From positions 1 through 62,781 of IMG/VR virus record IMGVR_UViG_3300020171_000437: 62,781 bases of DNA; one strand, written 5' to 3'. Positions 1 through 8,229 of this stretch are shown in pieces. Source of the stretch: a virus. Lineage: Duplodnaviria > Caudoviricetes. The notes under the pieces are model-generated. The model did not search any database. It was given only the letters and a program-made list of their open reading frames with translations, and was not told the DNA's origin. The position numbers and the translations under genes were made by a program. The first letter of the stretch is position 1; each line of letters begins with the position of its first letter.

Positions 1-287
1 ACCAAGAATTAGTTGTTGGTGAAGCACGGATTATAGGCCTCAAGCTGACACGGACGATTGGAGAGAGCAAAACAGAGATCACTCCCGATTCGGCAACCAT
101 TGCAGCCGTCGATGCTGAGGCCGTTGTGGTCATTACAGAAAAGGCAGCATCAATTTCAGGCACTGGTGTCTATTCTCTGATTTCTGTAGCGGACATCACA
201 GAAGCAGCCGGAGTGTTTACAGTTACATGGAAAGTAACCTACGGCACTGAAATCATCATCGAGACACAGACCATTACGGTGACATGA
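1..287 (+). CDS. 3' part of first late-operon gene (complete copy at 62191-62490); small beta-rich putative virion protein
   Basis: Same frame as 62191-62490; TGA overlaps ATG at 284 (ATGA). Confidence 0.8.
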   Translation, partial: QELVVGEARIIGLKLTRTIGESKTEITPDSATIAAVDAEAVVVITEKAASISGTGVYSLISVADITEAAGVFTVTWKVTYGTEIIIETQTITVT

Positions 288-551
288 ACTACATAGCGAC
301 CGATTTATATCCGAACTTTACATCGACCGACACTGCTGCGGCCTTTGAAGGCTTTGAATTCTGGTTCTACATCGAGACGCATGTTCATAGCGTGGTGATC
401 CCTACTGGCGCGATTGATGGCTCCAACACTTCGTACTCAGTCACAGCCGACCAGCTTGAGGTAATGATCAACGGCCTGCACGTGACGTTCACGAAGACAG
501 TAGGCGGGTTCACTCTTGATGAGGCCCCGACTGCTGGAGACATCTTGTGGT
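1..551. repeat. Left copy of imperfect terminal direct repeat (matches 62204-62781)
   Basis: Direct comparison: 1-300 has 4 SNPs (128, 182, 201, 227) plus one at 301; ~322-445 is diverged with a 27-nt indel; ~446-551 is identical. Confidence 0.97.
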
Positions 552-571
552 GTGAGGTGATTAACGAGTAA
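284..571 (+). CDS. Small beta-rich putative virion protein, paralog of 571-789
   Basis: PTGAIDGSNT...VMINGL...FTLDEAPTAGD motif; coupled start/stop at both ends. Confidence 0.75.
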   Translation: MNYIATDLYPNFTSTDTAAAFEGFEFWFYIETHVHSVVIPTGAIDGSNTSYSVTADQLEVMINGLHVTFTKTVGGFTLDEAPTAGDILWCEVINE

Positions 572-789
572 TGGCGCACTCGCACACCGATCCGATTACA
601 CCGACAGGGACAGTGAACGGAGTGAATACAGTGTTCACGTTGGCCACAACCTATGTTAAGGTGCGTTACTTCGTGAACGGACTAGAGCAGTTAGAGGACA
701 CGGACTACACGGTGGCAGGAACGGTCCTGACAGTAGATCCTCCGCCGGAAACAGGAGACGAGCATTGGATACTAGGGGAGGTTGCATGA
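571..789 (+). CDS. Small beta-rich putative virion protein
   Basis: PTGTVNGVNTVFTL...FVNGLEQ...DYTVAGTVLT...PPETGD; TAATG and ATGA coupling. Confidence 0.75.
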   Translation: MAHSHTDPITPTGTVNGVNTVFTLATTYVKVRYFVNGLEQLEDTDYTVAGTVLTVDPPPETGDEHWILGEVA

Positions 790-1274
790 TCCACAAGAGC
801 GCAGATGTGCATCCATCCGCCATTATCGGTGAAGGGACTCAGATTTGGAACAATGCGCAAGTGCGCGAAGGGGCCATCATTGGCTCCAATTGTCACATTG
901 GTTCAGGGGCGCACATCGGCAAGGGCGTTCTGATTGGTGACAACTGCAAGATTCTCAACAATGCCTGCCTGTTTGAAGGAGTGACGCTAGAAGATGGGGT
1001 GTTCGTTGGGCCCGGCTCGATATTTTGTAATGATTCTTACCCAAGGGCAGTTCATGAAGATGGCGCAATCATTGAGGCGGGAGAATGGCTCCCACAGCAT
1101 TCTTATGTCGCGAGCCAAGCATCAATCGGCGCGAACGCGACCATCCTGCCCGGAGTCTTTATTGGAATTGGTTCAATGATCGGCGCGGGGGCTGTAGTTA
1201 CGAAAGATACTCAGCCATGGCGCTTGTATGTAGGCAATCCAGCAAGGGAGATACGACAATGCCTAGTGACGTAA
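786..1274 (+). CDS. Left-handed beta-helix sugar N-acetyltransferase, WbpD/WlbB-like
   Basis: Hexapeptide repeats, GPGSIFCNDSYPR, IGAGAVVTKD...GNPAR; ATG at 786 after GGGGAGG. Confidence 0.92.
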   Translation: MIHKSADVHPSAIIGEGTQIWNNAQVREGAIIGSNCHIGSGAHIGKGVLIGDNCKILNNACLFEGVTLEDGVFVGPGSIFCNDSYPRAVHEDGAIIEAGEWLPQHSYVASQASIGANATILPGVFIGIGSMIGAGAVVTKDTQPWRLYVGNPAREIRQCLVT

Positions 1275-2323
1275 AGATTGCACAACCGATCATCGGAGAA
1301 GAAGAGAAGGCAGCCGTGATGGAAGTGCTTGAGTCTGGCAACATTGCTCAGGGAGAGAAGGTCGAAGAATTTGAAGCAGCGTTTGCCAAGTATGTAGGAG
1401 CACGACACGCCATTGCCGTTTCATCTGGGACAGCAGCCCTTCATCTGGCATTGCTTGCCAATGGGGTTGGTCCCCACACCGAAGTCATTACAACCCCCTT
1501 TAGCTTCATCTCAACAGCTAATGCCATCTTGCACTGTGATGCGACAGTAAAATTTGGCGATGTCAATCCTGTGTCGTTCAATCTGACTCCGGAATCTGCC
1601 GAAGCACAGATCGGCCCATCCACACGGGCGATCATGCCGGTGCATCTCTATGGCAACCCAGCCGATCTCGATGCGTTCAGGGCGCTAGGCAATAAGCATG
1701 GATTGATGATCATCGAGGATGCCTGCCAAGCGGTGGGGGCTGTCTACAAAGGGCAGAAGATTGGATCGATCAACACGACCTGTTTCTCTTTCTATCCCTC
1801 AAAAAATATGACCACTGCCGAGGGTGGCATGGTCACAACCCACGATGATGCCGTAGCCTGGAACGTTCGCAATATGAGACAGCACGGAATGGGCGGTAAA
1901 TCAGTTGGGTTCAATTATAGATTAACCGACATTCAGGCAGCAATAGGCATCGAACAGCTAAAGAAACTCGATGAGTTCAACTCAATCCGGCGCAAGAATG
2001 CCGAGATGCTGACTGCTGGCCTGTCTGAGATAGTTATATGCCCCGTGGGGGCCGAAGAGTCTACGCACTGCTGGCACCTATACACAATTCGTTTGAAACG
2101 AAGACGGCAAACAGTTCTCAAGGCCCTCCATGAGGCAGGTATTGATGCACGGGTGTATTACGAGAAGCCGATCCATCTCTGTCCTCCGTTTAACGGGAAG
2201 ACTATCTCTCGTCCGAATGCAGAGAAACTGTCGAATAACATTATCTCATTGCCGGTCCATCCTGGTGTGACAGAAGAAAACATCGCGACAATGATCGAGG
2301 TGATTACATGCGCATTGGCGTAA
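1259..2323 (+). CDS. DegT/DnrJ/EryC1/StrS PLP aminotransferase, WbpE/WlbC-like
   Basis: SSGTAALHLAL, PVHLYG, IEDACQA, SFYPSKNMTTAEGG (PLP lysine); start moved to MPSDVK. Confidence 0.95.
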   Translation: MPSDVKIAQPIIGEEEKAAVMEVLESGNIAQGEKVEEFEAAFAKYVGARHAIAVSSGTAALHLALLANGVGPHTEVITTPFSFISTANAILHCDATVKFGDVNPVSFNLTPESAEAQIGPSTRAIMPVHLYGNPADLDAFRALGNKHGLMIIEDACQAVGAVYKGQKIGSINTTCFSFYPSKNMTTAEGGMVTTHDDAVAWNVRNMRQHGMGGKSVGFNYRLTDIQAAIGIEQLKKLDEFNSIRRKNAEMLTAGLSEIVICPVGAEESTHCWHLYTIRLKRRRQTVLKALHEAGIDARVYYEKPIHLCPPFNGKTISRPNAEKLSNNIISLPVHPGVTEENIATMIEVITCALA

Positions 2324-3270
2324 TCGGCCTAGGGAACATGGGGCGCAATCATGCTCGTGTTCTATCCGAGATTGCTGATCTTGTTGCCGTGTGTGACACA
2401 TGTGCCGCTGCATTAGCAACCTGGCACGGCTCAGGGACTAAGTTTCTTGATCCAATGAAGATGCTGAAAGATCCTGACATGGCTCTCGATGCTGTTGTGG
2501 TAGCTGTCCCGACATCTAGACACGCTGTGATAACGATGACTGCAATCGAGGCAGGCATCGATGTCCTAGTAGAGAAGCCATTGGCTGGTAATGTTGGAGA
2601 CGCGCAGGTGCTTGTAGAGACAGCGAAAGAGAAAGGCGTCTTCCTCGCCACTGGGCACATCGAGCGATTCAACCCAGCGATCGTCGCGCTGAAAGATCGT
2701 TGGTCGCAGCTTGGCGAAGTGCATGAGATTGGCTTTGAGCGACTAGGCCCGTTCCCGGAGCATGTGCGCGATACTGGAGTCATTTACGATCTTGCCACTC
2801 ATGACTTTGATTTGCTGCGATATCTTGCTAGTCATTCTCCGATCATATCATTAGAGAGCCGATTCGTGATAGATAAAGGGATGGATGTCTCTGTCGCAGC
2901 GATTGCTCTACTAAAGGATGGCGGGATTGCAACATTCAGAGAAAGCTGGACGACCCCTACTAAGATCAGGCGCGTGACGGTATGGGGCGAGCAAGGGATG
3001 TTTGTTGCCGACCTGTTGCGTCAAGAACTGATGTTCTATGAAAACAATTATATCCCTGTTGATTGGGGAGCTATGGAGCCGTTCTTCGGAGTATCGGAGG
3101 GCGATGTGACACGGTACAAGATCAAGAAACAAGAGCCGTTAAGGCTTGAGTTGCAAGCGTTTCTTGATGCTGCTAATGGGCGAGGGAGAGACTGCCCAAC
3201 CGGGGAAGATGGACTCGAAGCCGTAAGGCTGGCTGAATGGATGAAGGAGGCCGCTGGATATGAGGAATAG
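2308..3270 (+). CDS. Gfo/Idh/MocA NAD-dependent oxidoreductase, WbpB/WlbA-like
   Basis: GVIGLGNMG, VLVEKP, GHIERFNPA, DLATHDFD. Confidence 0.93.
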   Translation: MRIGVIGLGNMGRNHARVLSEIADLVAVCDTCAAALATWHGSGTKFLDPMKMLKDPDMALDAVVVAVPTSRHAVITMTAIEAGIDVLVEKPLAGNVGDAQVLVETAKEKGVFLATGHIERFNPAIVALKDRWSQLGEVHEIGFERLGPFPEHVRDTGVIYDLATHDFDLLRYLASHSPIISLESRFVIDKGMDVSVAAIALLKDGGIATFRESWTTPTKIRRVTVWGEQGMFVADLLRQELMFYENNYIPVDWGAMEPFFGVSEGDVTRYKIKKQEPLRLELQAFLDAANGRGRDCPTGEDGLEAVRLAEWMKEAAGYEE

Positions 3271-3448
3271 AACGATGAAACGCAAGAAATTGCGCAACTA
3301 TCTGACAGAAAACTATGCAACCTTCATCACGTTCACGAAGAACCCAGAAAAAGGGCAAACTACGGCATATTACAAATGTCTTCGTGGTGCCCAAATGACG
3401 GAAGTTCTCGACAAGATTATGGAGATCTTCAGCGATGCAAAAAATTAG
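3260..3448 (+). CDS. Hypothetical protein
   Basis: Overlap-coupled ORF within the operon, upstream AAGGAGG. Confidence 0.5.
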   Translation: MRNRTMKRKKLRNYLTENYATFITFTKNPEKGQTTAYYKCLRGAQMTEVLDKIMEIFSDAKN

Positions 3449-3623
3449 AGCGAGTTCTCAGTTTAACGATGACGAATCGAGGCTACTTACTGATGACCAG
3501 AAAGCCTCTATTGCTGTGCTGATCACATCTGATCCTGCGGCTGGAGACTTCACAATAACTGAGATCTATCGGAATTCAAGTGGCCAGATCGTCGTTGTTT
3601 ATGATGACGTGGCTGTTTCATAA
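3435..3623 (+). CDS. Small protein with SDP...YDD C-terminal module shared with 3640-3996
   Basis: SDPAAGDFTITEIYRNSSGQIVVVYDD aligns with the next gene's C-terminus. Confidence 0.65.
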   Translation: MQKIRASSQFNDDESRLLTDDQKASIAVLITSDPAAGDFTITEIYRNSSGQIVVVYDDVAVS

Positions 3624-3639
3624 CAGGAGGTAGAAGAAA

Positions 3640-3996
3640 ATGGCACTAGCAAGTACAACGATGCCGACTTCAACAACGGTATCAACGGCTCAATCACACG
3701 CGCTTGTGGCGTCTTCGGCGGCGTCTCTCGCCACGATTGATGCGTCAGAAGCGTCCTCAATGGCATCATACGCATCAGTAAATGCGTCGATTGCTGACAG
3801 CATTGCAGATGACGCTATTATTGATGCGTCCGAGGCGAAGTCCACAGGCCTTGTCGATAGTTCGGCAGCCTCGGTAACGAAGTCGATGGCTGTCTACAGC
3901 GATCCAGGCGCTAACGAGTATCCGGTCAAAGAGATCGTTATGAACGCGACACTCGACATGATCGTTACCTATGACGACTCTTCGATCGCAGCATAG
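3640..3996 (+). CDS. Ser/Ala/Thr-rich fibre-like (coiled-coil) protein
   Basis: ASEAS-type repeats reminiscent of fibre shafts; strong AGGAGG RBS. Confidence 0.7.
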   Translation: MALASTTMPTSTTVSTAQSHALVASSAASLATIDASEASSMASYASVNASIADSIADDAIIDASEAKSTGLVDSSAASVTKSMAVYSDPGANEYPVKEIVMNATLDMIVTYDDSSIAA

Positions 3997-4005
3997 TGAA
4001 AATAT

Positions 4006-4027
4006 CGGGGGGCCTTCGGGCCTCCCG
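4006..4027 (+). terminator. GC-rich hairpin with TTCG loop (weak terminator or mRNA stabiliser)
   Basis: CGGGGGGCC-TTCG-GGCCTCCCG; no clear U tract. Confidence 0.5.
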
Positions 4028-4045
4028 GCTACTTAGGAGTTGAAT

Positions 4046-5101
4046 ATGAAGGCAGCGCATTTTTCGAGCTGGGCGCCCTCCAGAAGCGGGCTCTTCGAGG
4101 CAGCAAAAGATCTTGTTCTAGCCGAACGGGCTGCTGGCATTGACTCTATGTTCATCAATATGAGCGTGGCTGACCCTGAGAAGCATCTTGCTGAGTGCCC
4201 TGGCGGGAGACTGGACGAGGCAAACCTAAAACCCAGCACATGGGAAGAAGCCAAGGACGCTAAGATCTGGGTCGTCCATCGTGGCATTCCAGCAGAACTG
4301 GTAGAAGAGGCTAAGAAGCATTACACGATCATGGCCATTCACGGCTCTCCTGAACACGTCTTGATCAACGACATCGAGAACAGCGGGAACGTGCAGGGAT
4401 TCAATGATCACATCAACATGGTAAGGAACTACAGCAAGGCTGTGGCACTGAACGAGCACGACTTTCATATCTGGAAACTGTACGCCGATCCGGGGCAGGT
4501 TGTTCATATCGAAGACTCCATTGATGTCTCTCGCTACTCACCGGAAGGCTACGCATGGGAGTTCCACGGATTGCCAGCGATTCTCTATGCTGACGTGTGC
4601 CGCAACATCAAGTTGCCGTTCACGTTGTACTGGGCAATGGCTGGAATTCATGAGAAGTTACCTGAAGCAAGACTTGAGATGTACGGGCTGCCATTTGCCG
4701 AGATCAACACATTCAGAAACACAATGGTTAGGGCAAGCAACATCAATCTGTTGGGCACACTCGAATCTGTCCAGCTCATCACGTCTGATCTGAGGCCGAT
4801 GATGAGGGGGGCACACATTGGAGTGAATCCTAACCTTAGCGGTGTGAAGTCTAGGGTTACGATGGAAATGATGGCGTGCGGGCTTCCGGTTGTTGCTTCA
4901 AATGGTGACTACCCAATTCGGCAGTACCGCACTTATGACACGGTTGGACTCGAACGGGCGATCTGTGTGGCATGGGAAGATATCAAAAAGGACATTCCAG
5001 CCGCACGAGAGAAGGCCAGAGCATGGGCTGTTGAACATTGGGATGTTAAGAAAGCCGTAGAGACGGGATGGCTACCTCTCTACGAGGAGGCCATGAAGTA
5101 A
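4046..5101 (+). CDS. GT-B fold glycosyltransferase, GT4-like
   Basis: C-terminal RVTMEMMACGLPVVAS motif; IDVSRYSP; N-terminal SGLFEAAKDL. Confidence 0.88.
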   Translation: MKAAHFSSWAPSRSGLFEAAKDLVLAERAAGIDSMFINMSVADPEKHLAECPGGRLDEANLKPSTWEEAKDAKIWVVHRGIPAELVEEAKKHYTIMAIHGSPEHVLINDIENSGNVQGFNDHINMVRNYSKAVALNEHDFHIWKLYADPGQVVHIEDSIDVSRYSPEGYAWEFHGLPAILYADVCRNIKLPFTLYWAMAGIHEKLPEARLEMYGLPFAEINTFRNTMVRASNINLLGTLESVQLITSDLRPMMRGAHIGVNPNLSGVKSRVTMEMMACGLPVVASNGDYPIRQYRTYDTVGLERAICVAWEDIKKDIPAAREKARAWAVEHWDVKKAVETGWLPLYEEAMK

Positions 5102-5976
5102 TGGCACTACAGACGATCAAGGTCCATGATCTTAGCGAGATGGCGCAAGAGCCAGGGGCTGACGATACCGGGAAAGGAATCAGCATCCTTGCAACCGTTG
5201 ATGCCAACGCAACCGGCATTGGGGCTGCAATGCACGAGGCTGCCGATGGTAATTGGGATGAGGCGGATGCCAGTGCCAGCACAACGGCACCATGCACCGG
5301 CCTTGCTCTCACAGCAGGAACTGGTGCCGGTAAAGAAATCTTGCTGGTCGGGCTTGTTCGCAATGATGGATGGGCGTGGACTACTGGCCCCGGCTCGGCT
5401 AGCCTCATCTATCTCAGTGCTACGACGGGCGCACTGACACAGACGGCCCCGACAACGCCAGATTTAGTCCAAGTTGTAGGCCACGCCATCACTGACGATG
5501 TGATGTTCTTCAATCCTCAATTGCAGTGGATAGAACTCGTCGGCGCGGCCCAAGGAACTGCGATCTTTAAGACGGCTGATGAGTCGGTTACAAGTTCAAC
5601 AACACTTCAGAATGATGATGAGTTGTTATGTTCTGTCGGCGCGAACGAGACAGTCATGATAGATATGTTTCTTTATATATATTCTACTTCTGCTACGCCA
5701 GACTGGAAGGGTGGATTCTCATTCCCGACTGGAGGAAGTATCTATTTTGCGCCATTAGCGGCGCTCGGCGGAATTGGAGTATCCGTAGCTTCTGGGGAAA
5801 CGATAGGAATTTTCGGTATGACTGCCGCCGCTGTAGGAATAGTAAACCTAAGAGGTATATACGTTGGCGGAGCAAATGCAGGCACACTTCAATTTATCTG
5901 GGCGCAGAACATCTCTGATGCGACAACTGTAACCGTGAAAAAGGCGTCTGTGATGCGTGTTTGGAGGGGAGCGTAA
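5101..5976 (+). CDS. Putative head fibre / capsid decoration protein
   Basis: Cement-like N-domain (IYLSATTGALTQTAP...VQVVGHA) plus C-terminal beta-sandwich (KTADESVTSSTTLQNDDEL). Confidence 0.6.
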   Translation: MALQTIKVHDLSEMAQEPGADDTGKGISILATVDANATGIGAAMHEAADGNWDEADASASTTAPCTGLALTAGTGAGKEILLVGLVRNDGWAWTTGPGSASLIYLSATTGALTQTAPTTPDLVQVVGHAITDDVMFFNPQLQWIELVGAAQGTAIFKTADESVTSSTTLQNDDELLCSVGANETVMIDMFLYIYSTSATPDWKGGFSFPTGGSIYFAPLAALGGIGVSVASGETIGIFGMTAAAVGIVNLRGIYVGGANAGTLQFIWAQNISDATTVTVKKASVMRVWRGA

Positions 5977-6356
5977 TGCCATTGTTATTAACGTACGTAA
6001 ACAGGGAAGAGCGCAAGGCACATCTCGTGGCTCACTCAGACAAAGTAATGCTACATGACGATTACGATGCTGACTGGAAGCATGGTGATGAGATACATGG
6101 CGTTCTCACGCTTGCTTTGCCTGGCGAGATTGCTGCACGAGTTGTCACTGCGGATGAGATAGACAGCAATACAGAAGCAGCAATCAATATCAAGATTCAT
6201 CCAACTGCTCCGCTCGGAGAACAGATAGGCATCCTTCGCAGTCAGATTGTCCAGATGCTCAATGGTGATATGTCTGCCAGTGAGGAGTTCACACGGCTGA
6301 ACGAAATCGCGGCTACGGAGATTGAGAAATCAGCAGCAGAGAAGGCGGTGTTGTAA
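5976..6356 (+). CDS. Hypothetical protein, possible fibre chaperone
   Basis: TAATG-coupled to fibre gene. Confidence 0.5.
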   Translation: MPLLLTYVNREERKAHLVAHSDKVMLHDDYDADWKHGDEIHGVLTLALPGEIAARVVTADEIDSNTEAAINIKIHPTAPLGEQIGILRSQIVQMLNGDMSASEEFTRLNEIAATEIEKSAAEKAVL

Positions 6357-6514
6357 TGCCAAAGACAACCCGGATTGACGTGACGAAATCGGACAAGCGT
6401 AAAATGGCTATCGAATCCCTGAAAGCTCGCGGCCCAGCATCGAACGAGAACAGCGTGCCGCAGTTGAGAGAACGAGTCGCGTTGCTTGAAGAGATACTTG
6501 GGTTGGAGGGCTAA
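6356..6514 (+). CDS. Small hypothetical protein, 52 aa (below ORF-track cutoff)
   Basis: Hand translation MPKTTRIDV...LEEILGLEG; fills the gap exactly with TAATG coupling. Confidence 0.6.
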   Translation: MPKTTRIDVTKSDKRKMAIESLKARGPASNENSVPQLRERVALLEEILGLEG

Positions 6515-6823
6515 ATGACACAGACAGTGATGCCAAGACGACTGCATGAGGCGGCGCTGGCAGCGATGAAACGGCTACTTGACCTTGGCGAACTTGCGTT
6601 TAGCAGTGGTGGTGGGCGCGAATCTGGTGCCTTCCGCAATTACAAGTTCCAGGTAATGCAACACATTGCCGACATGGAGCGAGAGCAGTTCGCGATCTTG
6701 AGTGATATTGGGCATGTAGAGCCATGTGAATGTGGCGACTCGCTAGTTGGTGGTCCGCGCTGGACAAGATGCGAGTTGTGTGCTGGAAGCGGATTCAAGC
6801 CTACAGGAGGCAAGAAGGAATGA
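6515..6823 (+). CDS. Hypothetical Zn-finger protein
   Basis: CECG...CELCAGSG; GGAGG RBS. Confidence 0.6.
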   Translation: MTQTVMPRRLHEAALAAMKRLLDLGELAFSSGGGRESGAFRNYKFQVMQHIADMEREQFAILSDIGHVEPCECGDSLVGGPRWTRCELCAGSGFKPTGGKKE

Positions 6824-8229
6824 AGACGATGGACAGATTAGCCGGGAGCCTTGGCGTCGTTGTCCCGCACGGGAAAGAGGCGGGCATTGCAAGGCCACGC
6901 GCACTTGATGATGGGTATAGCGACCGCGCATCCCGCGATTCCGATACATCTGATCTGATCTTTGCATATCGTTACCACTCGTGGGTATACAGCGCGGTGA
7001 GGGCTATTGCCGGGGCTTGTTCGTCTGTTCCGTTTGTTGTCATCAATTATCGTGGAACGGGGACGAGGAAGCCGCGACCTGTACGTGATTTTGCGATGAA
7101 GTATCGGTCAATTCAGGGATGGAATGAGATCCAGGATTGGGAGAAGCTCATGGACGCTTATCTCAAATCTGAGAACGCAGAGATCGTCACAGATCATGAA
7201 GTGCTTGATCTGCTTGCCCATCCTATGCCAGAAGCGGACAAGACGCGCACAGAGCTAATCCAGGCCATCGTAACAAACCTTGAACTAGACGGCAACGCAT
7301 ACGTTGAGAAGATTTGGAAGACGGGAAGAAGGGACGGAATCCCATCACAGCTTTGGGCAGAGATTGATCCCAGAAAGATCTACGTTATCCCGGGCAAAGG
7401 GGTTGTCTTCGGCGGCTTCATGTACGTTGGCGATACGGTCAAGTATTTCTTGCCGGAAGACATACTGGCATTCCGGTACTACAACCCATTGAATCCTTAT
7501 TATGGCCAATCTCCGACGCGGGTACTACGAACGGCGATTATCGGTGATGTTCGAGCTGTCGATTGGAACAGGATGTTCTTCGAGAACGATGCCACTCCGG
7601 GCGGGCTTATCTCTTCAAAAGAGAGGCTGACGCCTGATGACATCCGACTCATTGAGGACTCATGGAACAGCAAGAGGCGTGGTGCGGGGCGCTCTCACGG
7701 AATAGGGGTATTGGGTCTAGGGTCTACATTCCAGGCTCTCTCGCCAGCTCACAAAGATATGGGGTTTAAGGATTTGCGAGAGCTAACACAGCAAGAGGTA
7801 CAGGCAACATACGGCGTTCCTTCTGTTGTGCTAGGAAACTACAAGGATGCAAACCGTGCATCAGCAGTGACGCAGGCGCGGTTGTTTACTACCAACACGG
7901 TTCTACCGAGACTGGCAAAGATTGAATCTGTCCTTGATCGACACTTCTTCGGTGTTGATGGCAAGACGAAACTGATGTTTGACCTGTCGACGATTGAGGC
8001 GCTTCAAGAAGACATTCTCATTCGGGCACGAGCAGGAAGGTTGTTCACAGAGCAGCGATTCACTGTGAACGAGATCAGGGCGTTCAACAAACTGCCTCCG
8101 ATCTTGGGACAGTTTGCTGATGCTGTTCTCGTTCCGAACAACATGGTCGTCGCTGGCAGGATAGAAGGGTCTGAGGATGGACCAAATACAACGGCACCAG
8201 AAGAAGAAATAACGGAGGTGGAGACATAA
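6820..8229 (+). CDS. Portal protein, HK97 family
   Basis: VYSAVRAIA, LELDGNAY, YGQSP, FFENDATPGG, TVNEIRA. Confidence 0.95.
   Translation: MKTMDRLAGSLGVVVPHGKEAGIARPRALDDGYSDRASRDSDTSDLIFAYRYHSWVYSAVRAIAGACSSVPFVVINYRGTGTRKPRPVRDFAMKYRSIQGWNEIQDWEKLMDAYLKSENAEIVTDHEVLDLLAHPMPEADKTRTELIQAIVTNLELDGNAYVEKIWKTGRRDGIPSQLWAEIDPRKIYVIPGKGVVFGGFMYVGDTVKYFLPEDILAFRYYNPLNPYYGQSPTRVLRTAIIGDVRAVDWNRMFFENDATPGGLISSKERLTPDDIRLIEDSWNSKRRGAGRSHGIGVLGLGSTFQALSPAHKDMGFKDLRELTQQEVQATYGVPSVVLGNYKDANRASAVTQARLFTTNTVLPRLAKIESVLDRHFFGVDGKTKLMFDLSTIEALQEDILIRARAGRLFTEQRFTVNEIRAFNKLPPILGQFADAVLVPNNMVVAGRIEGSEDGPNTTAPEEEITEVET

Noticed and set aside
284-551. Diversity-generating retroelement TR/VR pair formed by the two terminal alleles
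   Set aside because: Differences are not adenine-specific, include a 27-nt indel and many synonymous changes, and no reverse transcriptase is present
1085-1258. N-terminal extensions in the ORF track (also portal 6730-6819 and 50479-50673)
   Set aside because: They overlap upstream genes or the ribozyme; downstream ATGs have proper RBS and family-typical starts
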